Source: Candidatus Latescibacterota bacterium (lineage in GTDB: Bacteria; Latescibacterota; UBA2968; GCA-2709665). Taken from it: 64,000 nucleotides of DNA. The position numbers and the translations under genes were made by a program. Below the pieces are notes generated by a model, which had not been told where the DNA came from, searched no databases, and was given only the letters and a program-made list of their open reading frames with translations. The first letter of the stretch is position 1. The number at the start of each line of letters is the position of its first letter. The stretch lies in contig OZ242358.1 in the NCBI GenBank assembly GCA_965208835.1, positions 3,744,001 to 3,808,000 of the forward strand, read 5' to 3'. Positions 9,069-19,500 of this stretch are shown here, in pieces.

Positions 9069-12000
9069 TTAGAAGTTGACTTTGAGTCCCACGCCCACCT
9101 CGCGCGGCTTCCCGTAGTACCGGGTCAGTTCGTTGTAATCGCCGTGCGTGAGGTAGTCCTGGTCGTTCGGCCTGGGAACGTTCAGACCCCAGCGGACGAA
9201 GTCGGGATAGGAGCCGCCGACGGGGCTGTCCTGCTGGTTGAACAGGTTGAAGATCTCCACGTAGAAGACGGCATTCCGGTGCCCGCCTTCCACGAGCGTC
9301 TTCTCAACCTGCAGGTCGGTCCACGTTCGGATGGGCCTGTGGCGCAACTCCGGCTGCTTGCCCGGTGGCGTGTACCATTGGGGCCTGCCGCTCGTAATCC
9401 GCCAGACCAGATTGGTGCGCAGGCCGCCCACCGCGTGGAACTGACGCAGCCCGGGACCGAAGTCCATCGGCGTGTCCAGGTACAGCGAGAGGCTGGACTG
9501 GACGCGCAGGTCGGACCCCTTCGGATTAAACAGGCGGCCGCCGCCGTACGTGGGCTGCCACACGCCGTTCATATTGGCCGGCGCGTCGTAGGCCTTCTGG
9601 ATGTCCATGAACTCGAAGATCACGAACTGATACCTGTCGGTGATGGCTCTGGCCCTGCCCCGCCACCAGCTGGCCACCCTCGTAGCGAGCTTCATCCGTT
9701 CTTCGAGCGAGAAATCCTTGCGTACGTAAGCCGATCCGTTCCATTCCCAATCGTGATACTGGTCGGGGTTCATCACGTACGAGGAGTCGGGGTAGAACAT
9801 CGTGGCGTTGGAACCCACGCGCGCCGTAGACGCCCAGCCGAAGTTGATGGCCGCGTTGAACGAGAAATAGTGGCTGAAGCCCTTGCGCACGTGCAGTTCG
9901 AGCCCTCTCATATCCTGGAAGGAACTGGGTTTGCGGCCCCAGACCCAGGTTGTGCGCTGCGGCTCGTACCAGTACCGGCTGCCTGAGGAAATCTTGCCGA
10001 TGGCACTCTTGTAATAGGCCGCGATACCCGCCGTATAGTCTGCGACGAAGTTCCAGTCGGCGCCCGCCTCGTAAGCCCTTGTACGCGTGAGTGCAACGTA
10101 GGGGTTGGCCATGCGGACCTGACCGTGCAGACCCCGGAACGCGTCCCACGCCACGTGGGCGTCAGGACCGTTGGACCGCCACTGTTCGCGGAAGTACTCG
10201 AACAGGTCGGGCACTTTGGCGTAGAGACCGGCCGTGAAGTGGAAGGCCGACCGCTGCGTAATGGGATGGGAAATCCCGAAGCGCGGGCTGAACTGGGTCG
10301 CCCACTGCGGGTCGACCGTGACCATATCCACGTGTTTGATCAGCCAGCGGTTCTGCGGTGTCTGAAGCTGCGAGACGTTGTAGAACCGATGGTTGGTGTA
10401 TAACGCGTCGAACCGGATGCCCGCGTTCATCACCATGCCCTCGAACTCCATCTTGTCCTGCAGATAGAATCCGATCTGGATGGGGTTGATCGGGGCTTTC
10501 ACGTCGGGCAGATTGCCCGAGTGGGTGATGAAGTCCACAATCCGCTGGCTCGGATTCGGCGAATTGTAGTTCAGGTAATAAATGCTGAACCGGGTGAGAT
10601 CAAACCCGCCCTTGACGAAGTGCCCCTTGGACACCTGAGAAGACACGTCCAGCTTCAGATTCAGCCGGCTACGGTCGGCGATGGTGTAATTCGCGACATT
10701 GGCGGGCTTCACGTTGAACCAGCCGTCGAGGTCCTTCTCGCCGAATACGGTCACCGGGAACCCGAACTGGTCTTTCGGCCAGTCGGTTTTCTGGGTATCT
10801 TCCAACGTTGTGTAGAACGACACCCTGGCTTCGTAGAACGTCTTCGGGGATACGGTGTGGGTCAGCGACGCGTAGGTGACCCGGTCGGTCACTTTCCGTC
10901 CGCCGGCCCCGGATCCCTCCGGCAGAAAGATATTCTGACCGTTGGACGCCCTGTCGCGCTGGGTGTTCGTTCCCCTGTTGAAATAGTCCGCCGTGGAGTA
11001 GATCTGCCCGATGCTCACTTTCGCGTCGGCCCCCGGTCGGAACGTCAGCTTGGCGTTGCCGCGGAAATCAAGCGGCGTTTCGAGCGTGGGAAAACCGCCC
11101 GACATCACGCTGATCAGGCTGGTCGCGCCGAGGCTCGGATCGAACGTGGCATTGCGAACGGAGGTGTTCAGCACGTCCGTAGGCTGCCGGGACCACCGGG
11201 CGCTGGCGAAGAAACTGGCCTGGTCGCCCATCGGGCCGGAGATGCCGCCCTCGATATAGTAACCCTTGATGTCGGTATATTCCACGGCCCTGTGCGCCAG
11301 GCCCACCTCGTCGTCGGGCGTGCCCGGAACGCCGTCTTCACCGTCGCTCAGGATCACCGTTTCGGCGCGCCACTCACTGTCGTCCCACTTGAGCCGGTCG
11401 CGGTGATACGCGCTCTCATACAGGTTGGAACCCCAGTGCTTCTGGCTCGGGGGCGTATAGCGCAAATCGCCCCAGCCGCGGAAGTCGCGACCGCCGTCTT
11501 TGGTGATGATGGAGACCGCGCCGGATTCCAGGTTTCCGTATTCCGCGCTCGCGCCGCCGGAAATCACGGTGATTTCCTGAACGGCAGTCTTGGAGGGTCC
11601 GGTGAACTGCCGGCCGTACCCGTCGTTGTTCGGCAGAACCACGCCGTCCACCATCAGGATGCCGTCTTTCGAGTCTCCGCCGCGGATGACGTTGGCATTG
11701 GTGAGCTGCACGCCCGGATTCAACGTAACCAGGTCCGTGACCGACCGCGCCATGGGCAGCGCCTCCAGTTGCTCGACGCCCATCACGTAATGGCTGGTGG
11801 TCTTGTCGGGCTCTACCGGCGGGCGCTCGGCCACGACCACGAGTTCCTCGGCTTCGAGCGCCGTCTCCTTCAACTGGAAGTCGACGGTTGTGGTAAAGTC
11901 GGCCTGGATTCGCACGTCGGTCTTCGTGACGGCGTTGTAGCCGACCATTGACGCCACCAGCGTAATGTTGCCCGGGTCGACGGAGATGACAAGATAGTAA

Positions 12001-12194
12001 CCGTCAGCATCCGACTGCGCCCCCCTGCGCGTGCCTTCGATAACGACATTCACGCCGGGAAGCGGCTCACCGGACGCCGCATCCATAATGCGCCCGGTCA
12101 GTTTACCGGTCTGGCCCGCAAACGCGTCCGTGGAAAAACCCACAAGCACGAAGAGCGCGACCGGCAAAGCCACAAACAACTTCCATCTGTTCAT
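9069..12194 (-). CDS. TonB-dependent receptor with N-terminal carboxypeptidase-regulatory-like domain
   Basis: GKLTGRIMDAASGEPLPGVNVVIEG, plug motifs IRGG...VDGV and GGASAEYGN, FSPRFGISHPIT, NLFN, terminal Phe. Confidence 0.92.
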   Translation of the reverse strand: MNRWKLFVALPVALFVLVGFSTDAFAGQTGKLTGRIMDAASGEPLPGVNVVIEGTRRGAQSDADGYYLVISVDPGNITLVASMVGYNAVTKTDVRIQADFTTTVDFQLKETALEAEELVVVAERPPVEPDKTTSHYVMGVEQLEALPMARSVTDLVTLNPGVQLTNANVIRGGDSKDGILMVDGVVLPNNDGYGRQFTGPSKTAVQEITVISGGASAEYGNLESGAVSIITKDGGRDFRGWGDLRYTPPSQKHWGSNLYESAYHRDRLKWDDSEWRAETVILSDGEDGVPGTPDDEVGLAHRAVEYTDIKGYYIEGGISGPMGDQASFFASARWSRQPTDVLNTSVRNATFDPSLGATSLISVMSGGFPTLETPLDFRGNAKLTFRPGADAKVSIGQIYSTADYFNRGTNTQRDRASNGQNIFLPEGSGAGGRKVTDRVTYASLTHTVSPKTFYEARVSFYTTLEDTQKTDWPKDQFGFPVTVFGEKDLDGWFNVKPANVANYTIADRSRLNLKLDVSSQVSKGHFVKGGFDLTRFSIYYLNYNSPNPSQRIVDFITHSGNLPDVKAPINPIQIGFYLQDKMEFEGMVMNAGIRFDALYTNHRFYNVSQLQTPQNRWLIKHVDMVTVDPQWATQFSPRFGISHPITQRSAFHFTAGLYAKVPDLFEYFREQWRSNGPDAHVAWDAFRGLHGQVRMANPYVALTRTRAYEAGADWNFVADYTAGIAAYYKSAIGKISSGSRYWYEPQRTTWVWGRKPSSFQDMRGLELHVRKGFSHYFSFNAAINFGWASTARVGSNATMFYPDSSYVMNPDQYHDWEWNGSAYVRKDFSLEERMKLATRVASWWRGRARAITDRYQFVIFEFMDIQKAYDAPANMNGVWQPTYGGGRLFNPKGSDLRVQSSLSLYLDTPMDFGPGLRQFHAVGGLRTNLVWRITSGRPQWYTPPGKQPELRHRPIRTWTDLQVEKTLVEGGHRNAVFYVEIFNLFNQQDSPVGGSYPDFVRWGLNVPRPNDQDYLTHGDYNELTRYYGKPREVGVGLKVNF

Positions 12195-12224
12195 CTTAAA
12201 ACCTCCTCCGAAAAGATTCCGCGG

Positions 12225-12923
12225 CTATTTCCCGCTGAAGTAGAATTTAACCCCGGCTCCGAAGTCCAGCATCTGCAAGGGGAAGGTTTCGGAAAGTTCC
12301 CAGTCTTCAAGGCCCCGAAGATCCCCGATCATCATATTATAACGCGCGCGCAAGTCCACGGCAACGTTGTCGATCACGAATGCCTCGACTCCCAGCCCTG
12401 CGTTGATGCCGAGCGCGTACCGCTGATCGGTGAACGGCTCAAGTTCAAGGACAAGCTCGCCCGTCTGCCCTGGCCAAAGCAACCCGCTGACGTCGTTCTT
12501 GTACCGATAAAAGCCGCCCCCCACCGCCACGTACGGAGCGAAGCTGCTGGCGGCGAATGGCTGCCCGATCTGCCGCAGACGAACCAGTGCGTTTACCAGC
12601 AGACTGTTCAGGCTCATGTTGCTTGACGCGTTCGGGCTGGTATGAGCCTCGCCATCGGACCAGGTGAACGTTCGGGTCAGCAGGCTCCCGTCGGTGAAGT
12701 TGCCGCTGTGAAACTCGAGCTCCACAGTTACGTTCGACGCGGGCACGTAGGCCGCGTTCAATCCGAACTTGGAATCGTTGTCGTACCATTCGCCCAGGCC
12801 GAAGACCGGCACGTTGTAATTCGCGAACACGCCGACCCCCCAACTCCCTTCCTGGGCGACTGCAGGCCACGCTGATACCGAGAATACAAGAATCAACAGG
12901 CCGACAACCCTGAACACCTTCAT
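12225..12923 (-). CDS. Small outer-membrane beta-barrel protein (OmpA/OmpW-like)
   Basis: Start MKVFRVV after GGAGG; signal peptide; PYVAVGGG, GINAGLGVE, GAGVKFYF strands. Confidence 0.8.
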   Translation of the reverse strand: MKVFRVVGLLILVFSVSAWPAVAQEGSWGVGVFANYNVPVFGLGEWYDNDSKFGLNAAYVPASNVTVELEFHSGNFTDGSLLTRTFTWSDGEAHTSPNASSNMSLNSLLVNALVRLRQIGQPFAASSFAPYVAVGGGFYRYKNDVSGLLWPGQTGELVLELEPFTDQRYALGINAGLGVEAFVIDNVAVDLRARYNMMIGDLRGLEDWELSETFPLQMLDFGAGVKFYFSGK

Positions 12924-13065
12924 AAACACCTCCTTATTAGGAAGATGACTAATCCCCTCCACCCAGCTGTACATCTGCGTTCTGCTTCGAAACAACAAAG
13001 ACTTGCGAATTGGCATCTGATAAAACACCCGCAGTCTGCTCGTTTCTCCACCCCCTTTCGGATAC

Positions 13066-13103
13066 AAAAAAAGGGCGTAACTGTCCGGAAACCGGCAGCG
13101 CCC
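13066..13103 (-). terminator. Intrinsic terminator-like hairpin upstream of the TonB cassette
   Basis: Minus strand GGGCG-CTG-CCGG-TTT-CCGG-A-CAG-TTA-CGCCC-TTTTTTT. Confidence 0.65.
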
Positions 13104-13230
13104 GACTAAAGCACATCTGCTTCAATCCTGAAATTTTTGCGATAATATGCTACGCGGTAACAATTTAACATAAGCCAACCGTTGTAACGCGCAGGTTCGT
13201 GTGAGAACACAACCGCAGGGTATTCGAGAG

Positions 13231-13259
13231 AAGATATATAACCATTTCTTAAATGTCAA
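13231..13259 (-). promoter_or_regulatory. Sigma70-type promoter
   Basis: TTGACA-N17-TATCTT in an AT-rich intergenic region. Confidence 0.65.
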
Positions 13260-13299
13260 CACTTTTGTAACGTATTTTTTAACGGGTCCGGAAACCGAA

Positions 13300-14202
13300 T
13301 CAGGCTGTGCGGGCCGCTGCCGGCCCGGGACCGGCACCGAGGACCGAAAGCACCGTTTCTCCGATATCGGCCGGGCTTCCGCAGACGTGGATGCCGGCGC
13401 CCGTGAGGGCGGCTACCTTTTCCTCCGCCGTGCCCTTGCCGCCCGAGATAATGGCGCCTGCGTGGCCCATACGCCTGCCTGGAGGCGCGGTCTGACCGGC
13501 GATGAATCCGACGACGGGCTTAGGGAATGAATTCCTTACGAAGTCCGCGGCCTGCTCTTCGGCGCTGCCGCCAATCTCACCGATCATAACAACGCATTCG
13601 GTATCCGGGTCCTGCCCGAAGGCATTGAGACAGTCTATAAAGCTGGTCCCGATGATCGGGTCTCCTCCGATACCCACGCACGTGGACTGACCGAGACCCA
13701 GGGCGGTCAACTGAGCGACGGCTTCGTAGGTCAGCGTCCCGCTGCGGGAAATGACCCCCACGCTGCCGCTCCTGTGAATTTCGGCCGGCATGATGCCTAT
13801 TTTGCATCTCCCGGGAGCGATGATGCCCGGGCAGTTGGGGCCGATAAGCCGGGTGGAGCGGGAACCGAGGTAGTGATTGACTCTGACCATGTCCAGCACC
13901 GGGATGCCTTCGCTGATACACACGACCAGGCTGACTCCGGCATCCGCGGCTTCAATGATCGCGTCCGCCGAGAACGCCGCGGGCACGAAGACAATCGAGG
14001 CGTCTGCGCCCGTGGCGTCGACCGCGTCGGAGACCGTGTTGAACACGGGTACGCCCTCGACGCGGCGGCCGGCCCGGCCCGGCGTAACGCCGCCTACGAT
14101 CCGGGTGCCGTAGTCCAGCATCTGACGCGTGTGAAAGGAACCTTCGCTCCCCGTAATCCCCTGTACGACGACCCGAGTGTCGTTATCGATGAAGATGCTC
14201 AT
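13300..14202 (-). CDS. sucD: Succinyl-CoA synthetase alpha subunit
   Basis: [34 protein letters not shown] motifs. Confidence 0.97.
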   Translation of the reverse strand: MSIFIDNDTRVVVQGITGSEGSFHTRQMLDYGTRIVGGVTPGRAGRRVEGVPVFNTVSDAVDATGADASIVFVPAAFSADAIIEAADAGVSLVVCISEGIPVLDMVRVNHYLGSRSTRLIGPNCPGIIAPGRCKIGIMPAEIHRSGSVGVISRSGTLTYEAVAQLTALGLGQSTCVGIGGDPIIGTSFIDCLNAFGQDPDTECVVMIGEIGGSAEEQAADFVRNSFPKPVVGFIAGQTAPPGRRMGHAGAIISGGKGTAEEKVAALTGAGIHVCGSPADIGETVLSVLGAGPGPAAARTA

Positions 14203-14260
14203 TTCATATCCCTGTTAAAGACCATATCCGTCAGGAATGTTGCTGAGTCTCTTGGTGCGG

Positions 14261-14488
14261 GAAGACGTGAGACGAGTAAAGGAGAGAGTGGAGAGAAGTG
14301 AGAAAAGAGAGAGTCGAGGGCCTCTCGCTCCTCTTCCCTACCGTGTTTACCGAATTGCATTCCTCACTCCTCACTCCTCTTACCTCACTCCTCGCTCTTC
14401 ACTCCTCTTTCCATTCGCGTTTCCCGATCTGCGTTCTCTCACTCTTCACTCCTCTTTTCTCTCTCCTCGCTCTTCACTCCTCACTCCT
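14261..14488. repeat. Heptamer tandem repeats (CTCACTC-like) preceded by a complementary purine-rich run
   Basis: ctcactc ctcactc ctcttac ctcactc ctcgctc ttcactc from 14363; second run to 14488; GA-rich run at 14261-14320. Confidence 0.75.
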
Positions 14489-15197
14489 GGTGCTGCGGAA
14501 GGGGCTGCGGTCTGCATCGCTCTTCGATGCTGCCGTCCGCCTTACCGATCACGACCTGGTGCGCGAGACCGACAAAGAGGCCGGATTCAACGACGCCGCA
14601 AATCGCGGCGATACAGCGCTCAAGATCCGCGGGGTCATCGATGGCGGCGAAGGCGCAGTCCAGAATGTGGTTGCCGTTGTCCGTAACGAAAGCCCGGTTC
14701 TCACTAACGCGCAGTCGTACCCGGCACCCGAGAGCCTCGAGTTTCAGTCGAACGTACTGCCAGCCGAAGGGGACCACTTCCACCGGCAGCGGGAATCCTC
14801 CGAGGCGGTCCTTGAGTTTGGATTCGTCGGCAACGATGATTTCACGGTGGCTGGCTGTAGCCACGAGTTTTTCGCGGAACAGGGCGCCGCCGCCGCCCTT
14901 GATGAGGTTGAAAGCGGGATCGATCTCGTCCGCGCCGTCTATAGTCAGGTCTATCCGTATGGTCTCGGCGAAATCGATAAGTGGAATCCCTTCGCGTTCC
15001 GCCTGAATCCGTGACTGCTCAGAGGTTGGGATCCCACGAATCAGAAGACCCTCGCGAACGCGTTCGCCCAGCTTCTGAATTGCGTAGAACGCGGTCGATC
15101 CGGTCCCGAGGCCGACGATCATCCCGTCGTCCACCAGTTCGGCGGCCCGTTCCCCTGCGGCTTTTTTCGGGTTGGGAGACACCTTGTCATTTCGCAA
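14481..15197 (-). CDS. rpiA: Ribose-5-phosphate isomerase A (start codon uncertain)
   Basis: GLGTGST, DGADE, KGGGGALFREK, LPVEV, TDNGN motifs. Confidence 0.97.
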   Translation of the reverse strand: MRNDKVSPNPKKAAGERAAELVDDGMIVGLGTGSTAFYAIQKLGERVREGLLIRGIPTSEQSRIQAEREGIPLIDFAETIRIDLTIDGADEIDPAFNLIKGGGGALFREKLVATASHREIIVADESKLKDRLGGFPLPVEVVPFGWQYVRLKLEALGCRVRLRVSENRAFVTDNGNHILDCAFAAIDDPADLERCIAAICGVVESGLFVGLAHQVVIGKADGSIEERCRPQPLPQHQE

Positions 15198-15200
15198 CGT

Positions 15201-15223
15201 AGAGCGACCTTATCAACGGACTG
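15201..15223 (+). repeat. Isolated right-end remnant of MITE family A
   Basis: AGAGCGACCTTATCAACGGACTG matches the family A terminus. Confidence 0.65.
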
Positions 15224-15345
15224 CTATGCTCCCTGTAAAATTCCAGGTCTGATCCGACTCGCGGGGAATTTATACATTGGCGATCCCCGTTGCAACGACA
15301 AATGACCGTGACATACGACGGCCGCGGCGTTCGTCGCCGGGTCAT

Positions 15346-15489
15346 CATCCCGTTGAAAGAGCCCAACCGGGCTACGGCCGGCCCATGCGGTCGAAATACT
15401 GCGTTGCGCTCTCGTCGAATCGCTCGACGGGACCCGGTCGCGCGTCTTGTCTTCGGCCTCGCCTGCAGAACGACTTTATCAACGGACTA
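15346..15489 (+). mobile_element. MITE family A, 144-bp deletion variant, diverged
   Basis: Aligns to 5196-5355 with a 16-bp internal deletion. Confidence 0.85.
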
Positions 15490-15504
15490 TAAGACCAAAA
15501 ACAA

Positions 15505-15535
15505 TTGACAATCTCGACCGTATACATCATATATA
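15505..15535 (+). promoter_or_regulatory. Probable sigma70 promoter
   Basis: TTGACA at 15505 followed by a CATATATATA tract 17-19 nt downstream. Confidence 0.45.
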
Positions 15536-15599
15536 TAGATCAGACGGTTCTGAGAGCGACCCTGCCAATCACGGACGACCTGTGAACCCGGGAGGCCAT

Positions 15600-16445
15600 G
15601 TGGCGTACGACACACTCGAAGATTTTTTCGGAGATATCGTGGGGAAAGCCAGGCGCGGGCTGGGCTTTTCGGAAGAATCGCTTGCAGACGCAGCGGGGTT
15701 GAGCGCAGGAGATATCGGACGCATTGAAGCCTACGAATTCACGCCCGGCGAGGACGGAATTCTCGCCCTGGCCGGCTCTTTGGATCTGGACGGACAAAAG
15801 CTGATGCGGATTGCGAACGGGTGGGTGCCGGAGTACGGAAATGCGCCGCACGACGACGCGCGACTGTCCGTCGAACGAACGATTCTGGACGCCGGCATGG
15901 AAGTGAACGCCTATGCGATGAAGTGCAAGGCGACCGGGGAAGGCGCGATTGTGGACGCGGGCGGGCAGGCGAATCGGATTCTTGCGCTGGCAGAGCGTAT
16001 GCATTTGAAGGTGACGCACGTGCTGCTTACACACGGGCATGGCGACCACGTGGGGGCGCTGGCTGAAATCGCGGCAACAACCGGCGCCCGGGTGTGTTGT
16101 TGCGAACGGGACTTCGGACTTCTGGGCAGCCTGAAGGAACTCGTGACCGATCAGGTGGACGACGGCTGGCGGACGAAAGTGGGACGAATCGCCATCGATG
16201 CGGTGAGTCTCCCCGGGCATACGGCCGGCGGAATCGGTTACGGCGCCGACGGGGTATTCTTCTCGGGCGACGCGCTCTTCGCGGGATCCATGGGCGGCGC
16301 GCTGGGTCCGGCATATACCGGTCAGATCAGTGCAGTAACGGAAAAGGCCCTGTCCCGGGATGAGAAAACCCGCGTTTTCCCCGGGCACGGACCCATCACC
16401 TCCATCGCCGAGGAACTGAAGCACAACCCGTTTTTTGCGCTCTGA
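15600..16445 (+). CDS. XRE-type HTH fused to MBL-fold metallo-hydrolase (glyoxalase II-like)
   Basis: GTG start after GGAGG; GKARRGLGFSEESLADAAGLS HTH; THGHGDH, PGHT, SGDALF, PGHG. Confidence 0.85.
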   Translation: MAYDTLEDFFGDIVGKARRGLGFSEESLADAAGLSAGDIGRIEAYEFTPGEDGILALAGSLDLDGQKLMRIANGWVPEYGNAPHDDARLSVERTILDAGMEVNAYAMKCKATGEGAIVDAGGQANRILALAERMHLKVTHVLLTHGHGDHVGALAEIAATTGARVCCCERDFGLLGSLKELVTDQVDDGWRTKVGRIAIDAVSLPGHTAGGIGYGADGVFFSGDALFAGSMGGALGPAYTGQISAVTEKALSRDEKTRVFPGHGPITSIAEELKHNPFFAL

Positions 16446-16575
16446 CCCGTGGCGGAAGCCTAATCGGTAATGGCGGCAAGAGCCGACGGCAAGCCGTGAA
16501 AACCGGCGTTTTCATCTCAATTTCCAAGCGATACGGTACACGATGAGGCGTGTCTACAAATCAAGGAGCTTGGAT

Positions 16576-19500
16576 ATGTCCAGGTGGGTTCTTCTTTTCG
16601 GAATCGTCTTGTTCTCCTGCGGTATTGCGATGGGCCAGGAGTATTTCGGCAAGAACAAGGTGACGTATGACGATTACGACTGGCACTATCTGGAGACGGA
16701 ACATTTCAAGATCTATTTCGACAAGGCGTCGCAGTCTGCGGCGGAGTTTGCGGCGAAGGAGGCGGAGCGATCGCTGGTGCGATTGGAGAAGGATCTGAAG
16801 TATACGCTGAAGGACCGGTATCCGATTGTGATCTACAACTCTCACAACGGGTTTTCGGTAACGAACATCACGCCGACGGAGCAGTCGGAGTTCACAGGGG
16901 GTTTCACGGAGTTTGCACAGGGTCGCGTGGTGATCCCGTATACGGGGTCGTATGCCGATTTCCGTCACGTGATCCACCACGAGCTGGTACACGTGGTGAC
17001 ACTGGAGATGTGGACGGGCGGCGGGTGGCTGGGCGCGATGATGACGCAGACGGCGTCGCTGCCGCCGCTGTGGATCGCGGAGGGTGTGGCGGAGTATCTG
17101 TCGCAGGGGGGCTGGGACCGCGAGGCCGACAATTTCATGCGTCACGCGACGATCACGGGCTTTGTGCCGGGGATGATGTCGTTGAGCGGCGCGTTCGCGT
17201 ATAAGGGCGGGCAGTCCGTCTTCGTGATGATCGAGGAGGAGTATGGCAAGGACAAGGTGGCGGAGTTCATTTCGTCGTTCCGTTCCGCGCGTTCCGTGGA
17301 CAAGGCGCTGAAGGCGTCGGTGGGCGAGGGTGTGGAGGAGCTGGACGAGAAGTGGCAGTTGTGGTTGAAGCGTCAGTATTGGAACGAGATCAACCTGCAC
17401 CATCCGTCGGAGGAGGTGGCGAAGCAGCTGACGGAGGCGGGTGCGGGCCGTGGTTTTTACAATATCGCGCCGTCGTTTTCGCCGCAGGGCGACAAGATCG
17501 CGTATGTGACGGAGCGTCAGGGCACGTTCGACATCTACCTGATGTCGGCGATCGACGGTCAGGACCTGGGGCGGTTGGTGGAGGGCGAGCGTTCGTCGGA
17601 CTTCGAGGGGCTGTTCGTGCTGCGTCCGGGCATCACGTGGTCGCCGGACGGGAAGCAGATCGCGTTTGCGGCGAAGTCGCGCAACAAGAACACGCTGTAT
17701 ACGCTGGACGTGCGCAAGAAGCGTGTGACGAAGCGTTTCAAGTTCGATCTGGACGGGTTGTTCGAGCCCACGTGGTCGCCGGACGGCAAGCAGATCGCGA
17801 TCGTGGGGTTGAAGGACGGGTGGTCGGACGTGTACGTAGTGGACGTGGCAGACGAGTCGTTGCGGCGGATGACGCGTGACCCGTATGACGAGAAGCACCT
17901 GGACTGGTCGCCGGACGGGAAGTGGATCGCGATCAGTTCGGACCGGCCGTCGGCGGCGTTGGCGTATGACGGGTCGAAGGACTTCGAGTTCGGTGTGTAT
18001 GACGTGTTCGTGCTGAAGGCGGACGGGAGCGAGATCCGGCGTGTGGTGGAAAGCGAGGTGAACGACAGCCATCCCACGTGGGGACCGGACTCGCAGACGC
18101 TGGCGTTCGTGTCGGACAGGACGGGCGTGGGCAACGTCTACATCACGCGCGTGGACGGCTCTCAGATGTATCCGATCAGCAATCTCTTGTCGGGAGCGCG
18201 GTATATCGACTGGAGCGCGGACGGCAAGAAGCTGGCGTTTACGACGTTTCACCGCGGGGGCTATGACATCTTCGTGATGAAGGACCCGCGCAAGCAGAAG
18301 CGGGGGATGGAGGATCTGCCGCTGACGCGTTATGCGAAGCGTCTGGCGGGCATCGAGGACCGTCCGTTCGTGGAGCTGCAGCGCGAGCGGCAGCAGGAGC
18401 AGAAGGCGGCCGCGGCGGTGGACAGCGGGGGTGTGGCAGCGCAGGAAGACACGGCGGCGGTGGTCGCGGCGGCGGACAGGAAAGTGGAGACGTGGATGTC
18501 GGACCAGATGGCGCTGGCGGCGGCGGAGGCGAGCGGCGGCGACGAGGAGGAGGCCGGGACGGATACGCTGGAAACCGACGGCGACAGGGAGTTGACGCTA
18601 CGCGACTGGAACCGGGAGTTCACGGTGAACAAATACCGCGTGAAACTCAAACCGGAATTCTTCGGGGCGAACGCGGGCTTCGACACGTTCTACGGCGTGA
18701 GCAGCCTGCTGCACCTGTCCCTGACCGACGTGATGGGCGACCACAGGCTCATCATACAGTCCGGGCTGAGCTTCTCCCTCAAAGACAGCGACCTCTTCCT
18801 CGGATACCAGAACCTCAAACACCAGACCAACTATTACCTCAGCGCCTTTCATACGCGTCTGTTCTTTTTCGACCGGGGTCAGTTGAACGCCGATCGGTAT
18901 TTCGGCGCGGAAGCGAGCCTTGTTCGGCCGTTCAGCCGATTCAGCAGGATGGAACTGGGCACGCGGGGCATCAGGATTTCCCGCGAACGCCTCGAACGGG
19001 AACGGTACGACAATCGGTGGGTTCGCCGCGGGTTCACCGGCAGCAGCCTGCGCGGGCTCTCGGGCACGGAAGTCGATTCCCGGGGAGCGGTGGTTTCCTA
19101 CCTGGCTCTGGTGGACGACAACTCGCTGATGGGCGGCTTCGGAGCCGTGGACGGGCGGCGGGTGCGCCTCGGCGTTGAAGGAAGCTGGGCGGGAATGCGT
19201 TTTGCGGCACTCAACGTGGACCTCCGCGAGTACATGCTCGCACTGGACGAATATACCTTTGCCTTTCGTCTCTCCGGCGGCACCAGCTTCGGTCAAAACA
19301 AGAGGGTCTATTTCGTCGGGGGCGTCAACAACCCGGTGAATCCGAATTTCTCAACATTTGCCAACGTGGATCAGGACCGGATCTTCTTTTCCAGCTTTGT
19401 CTGGCCGCTGCGCGGCGTCGAATTGTTCGAATTGGCCGGCGACACATATGTGTTGGCCAATGCGGCGTTCCGTTTTCCCCTCATCCGGGAGCTTATCATG

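Noticed and set aside
16561-18252. 563-aa antisense ORF
   Set aside because: Mirror of the biased codon usage of the real gene; no recognisable domain.
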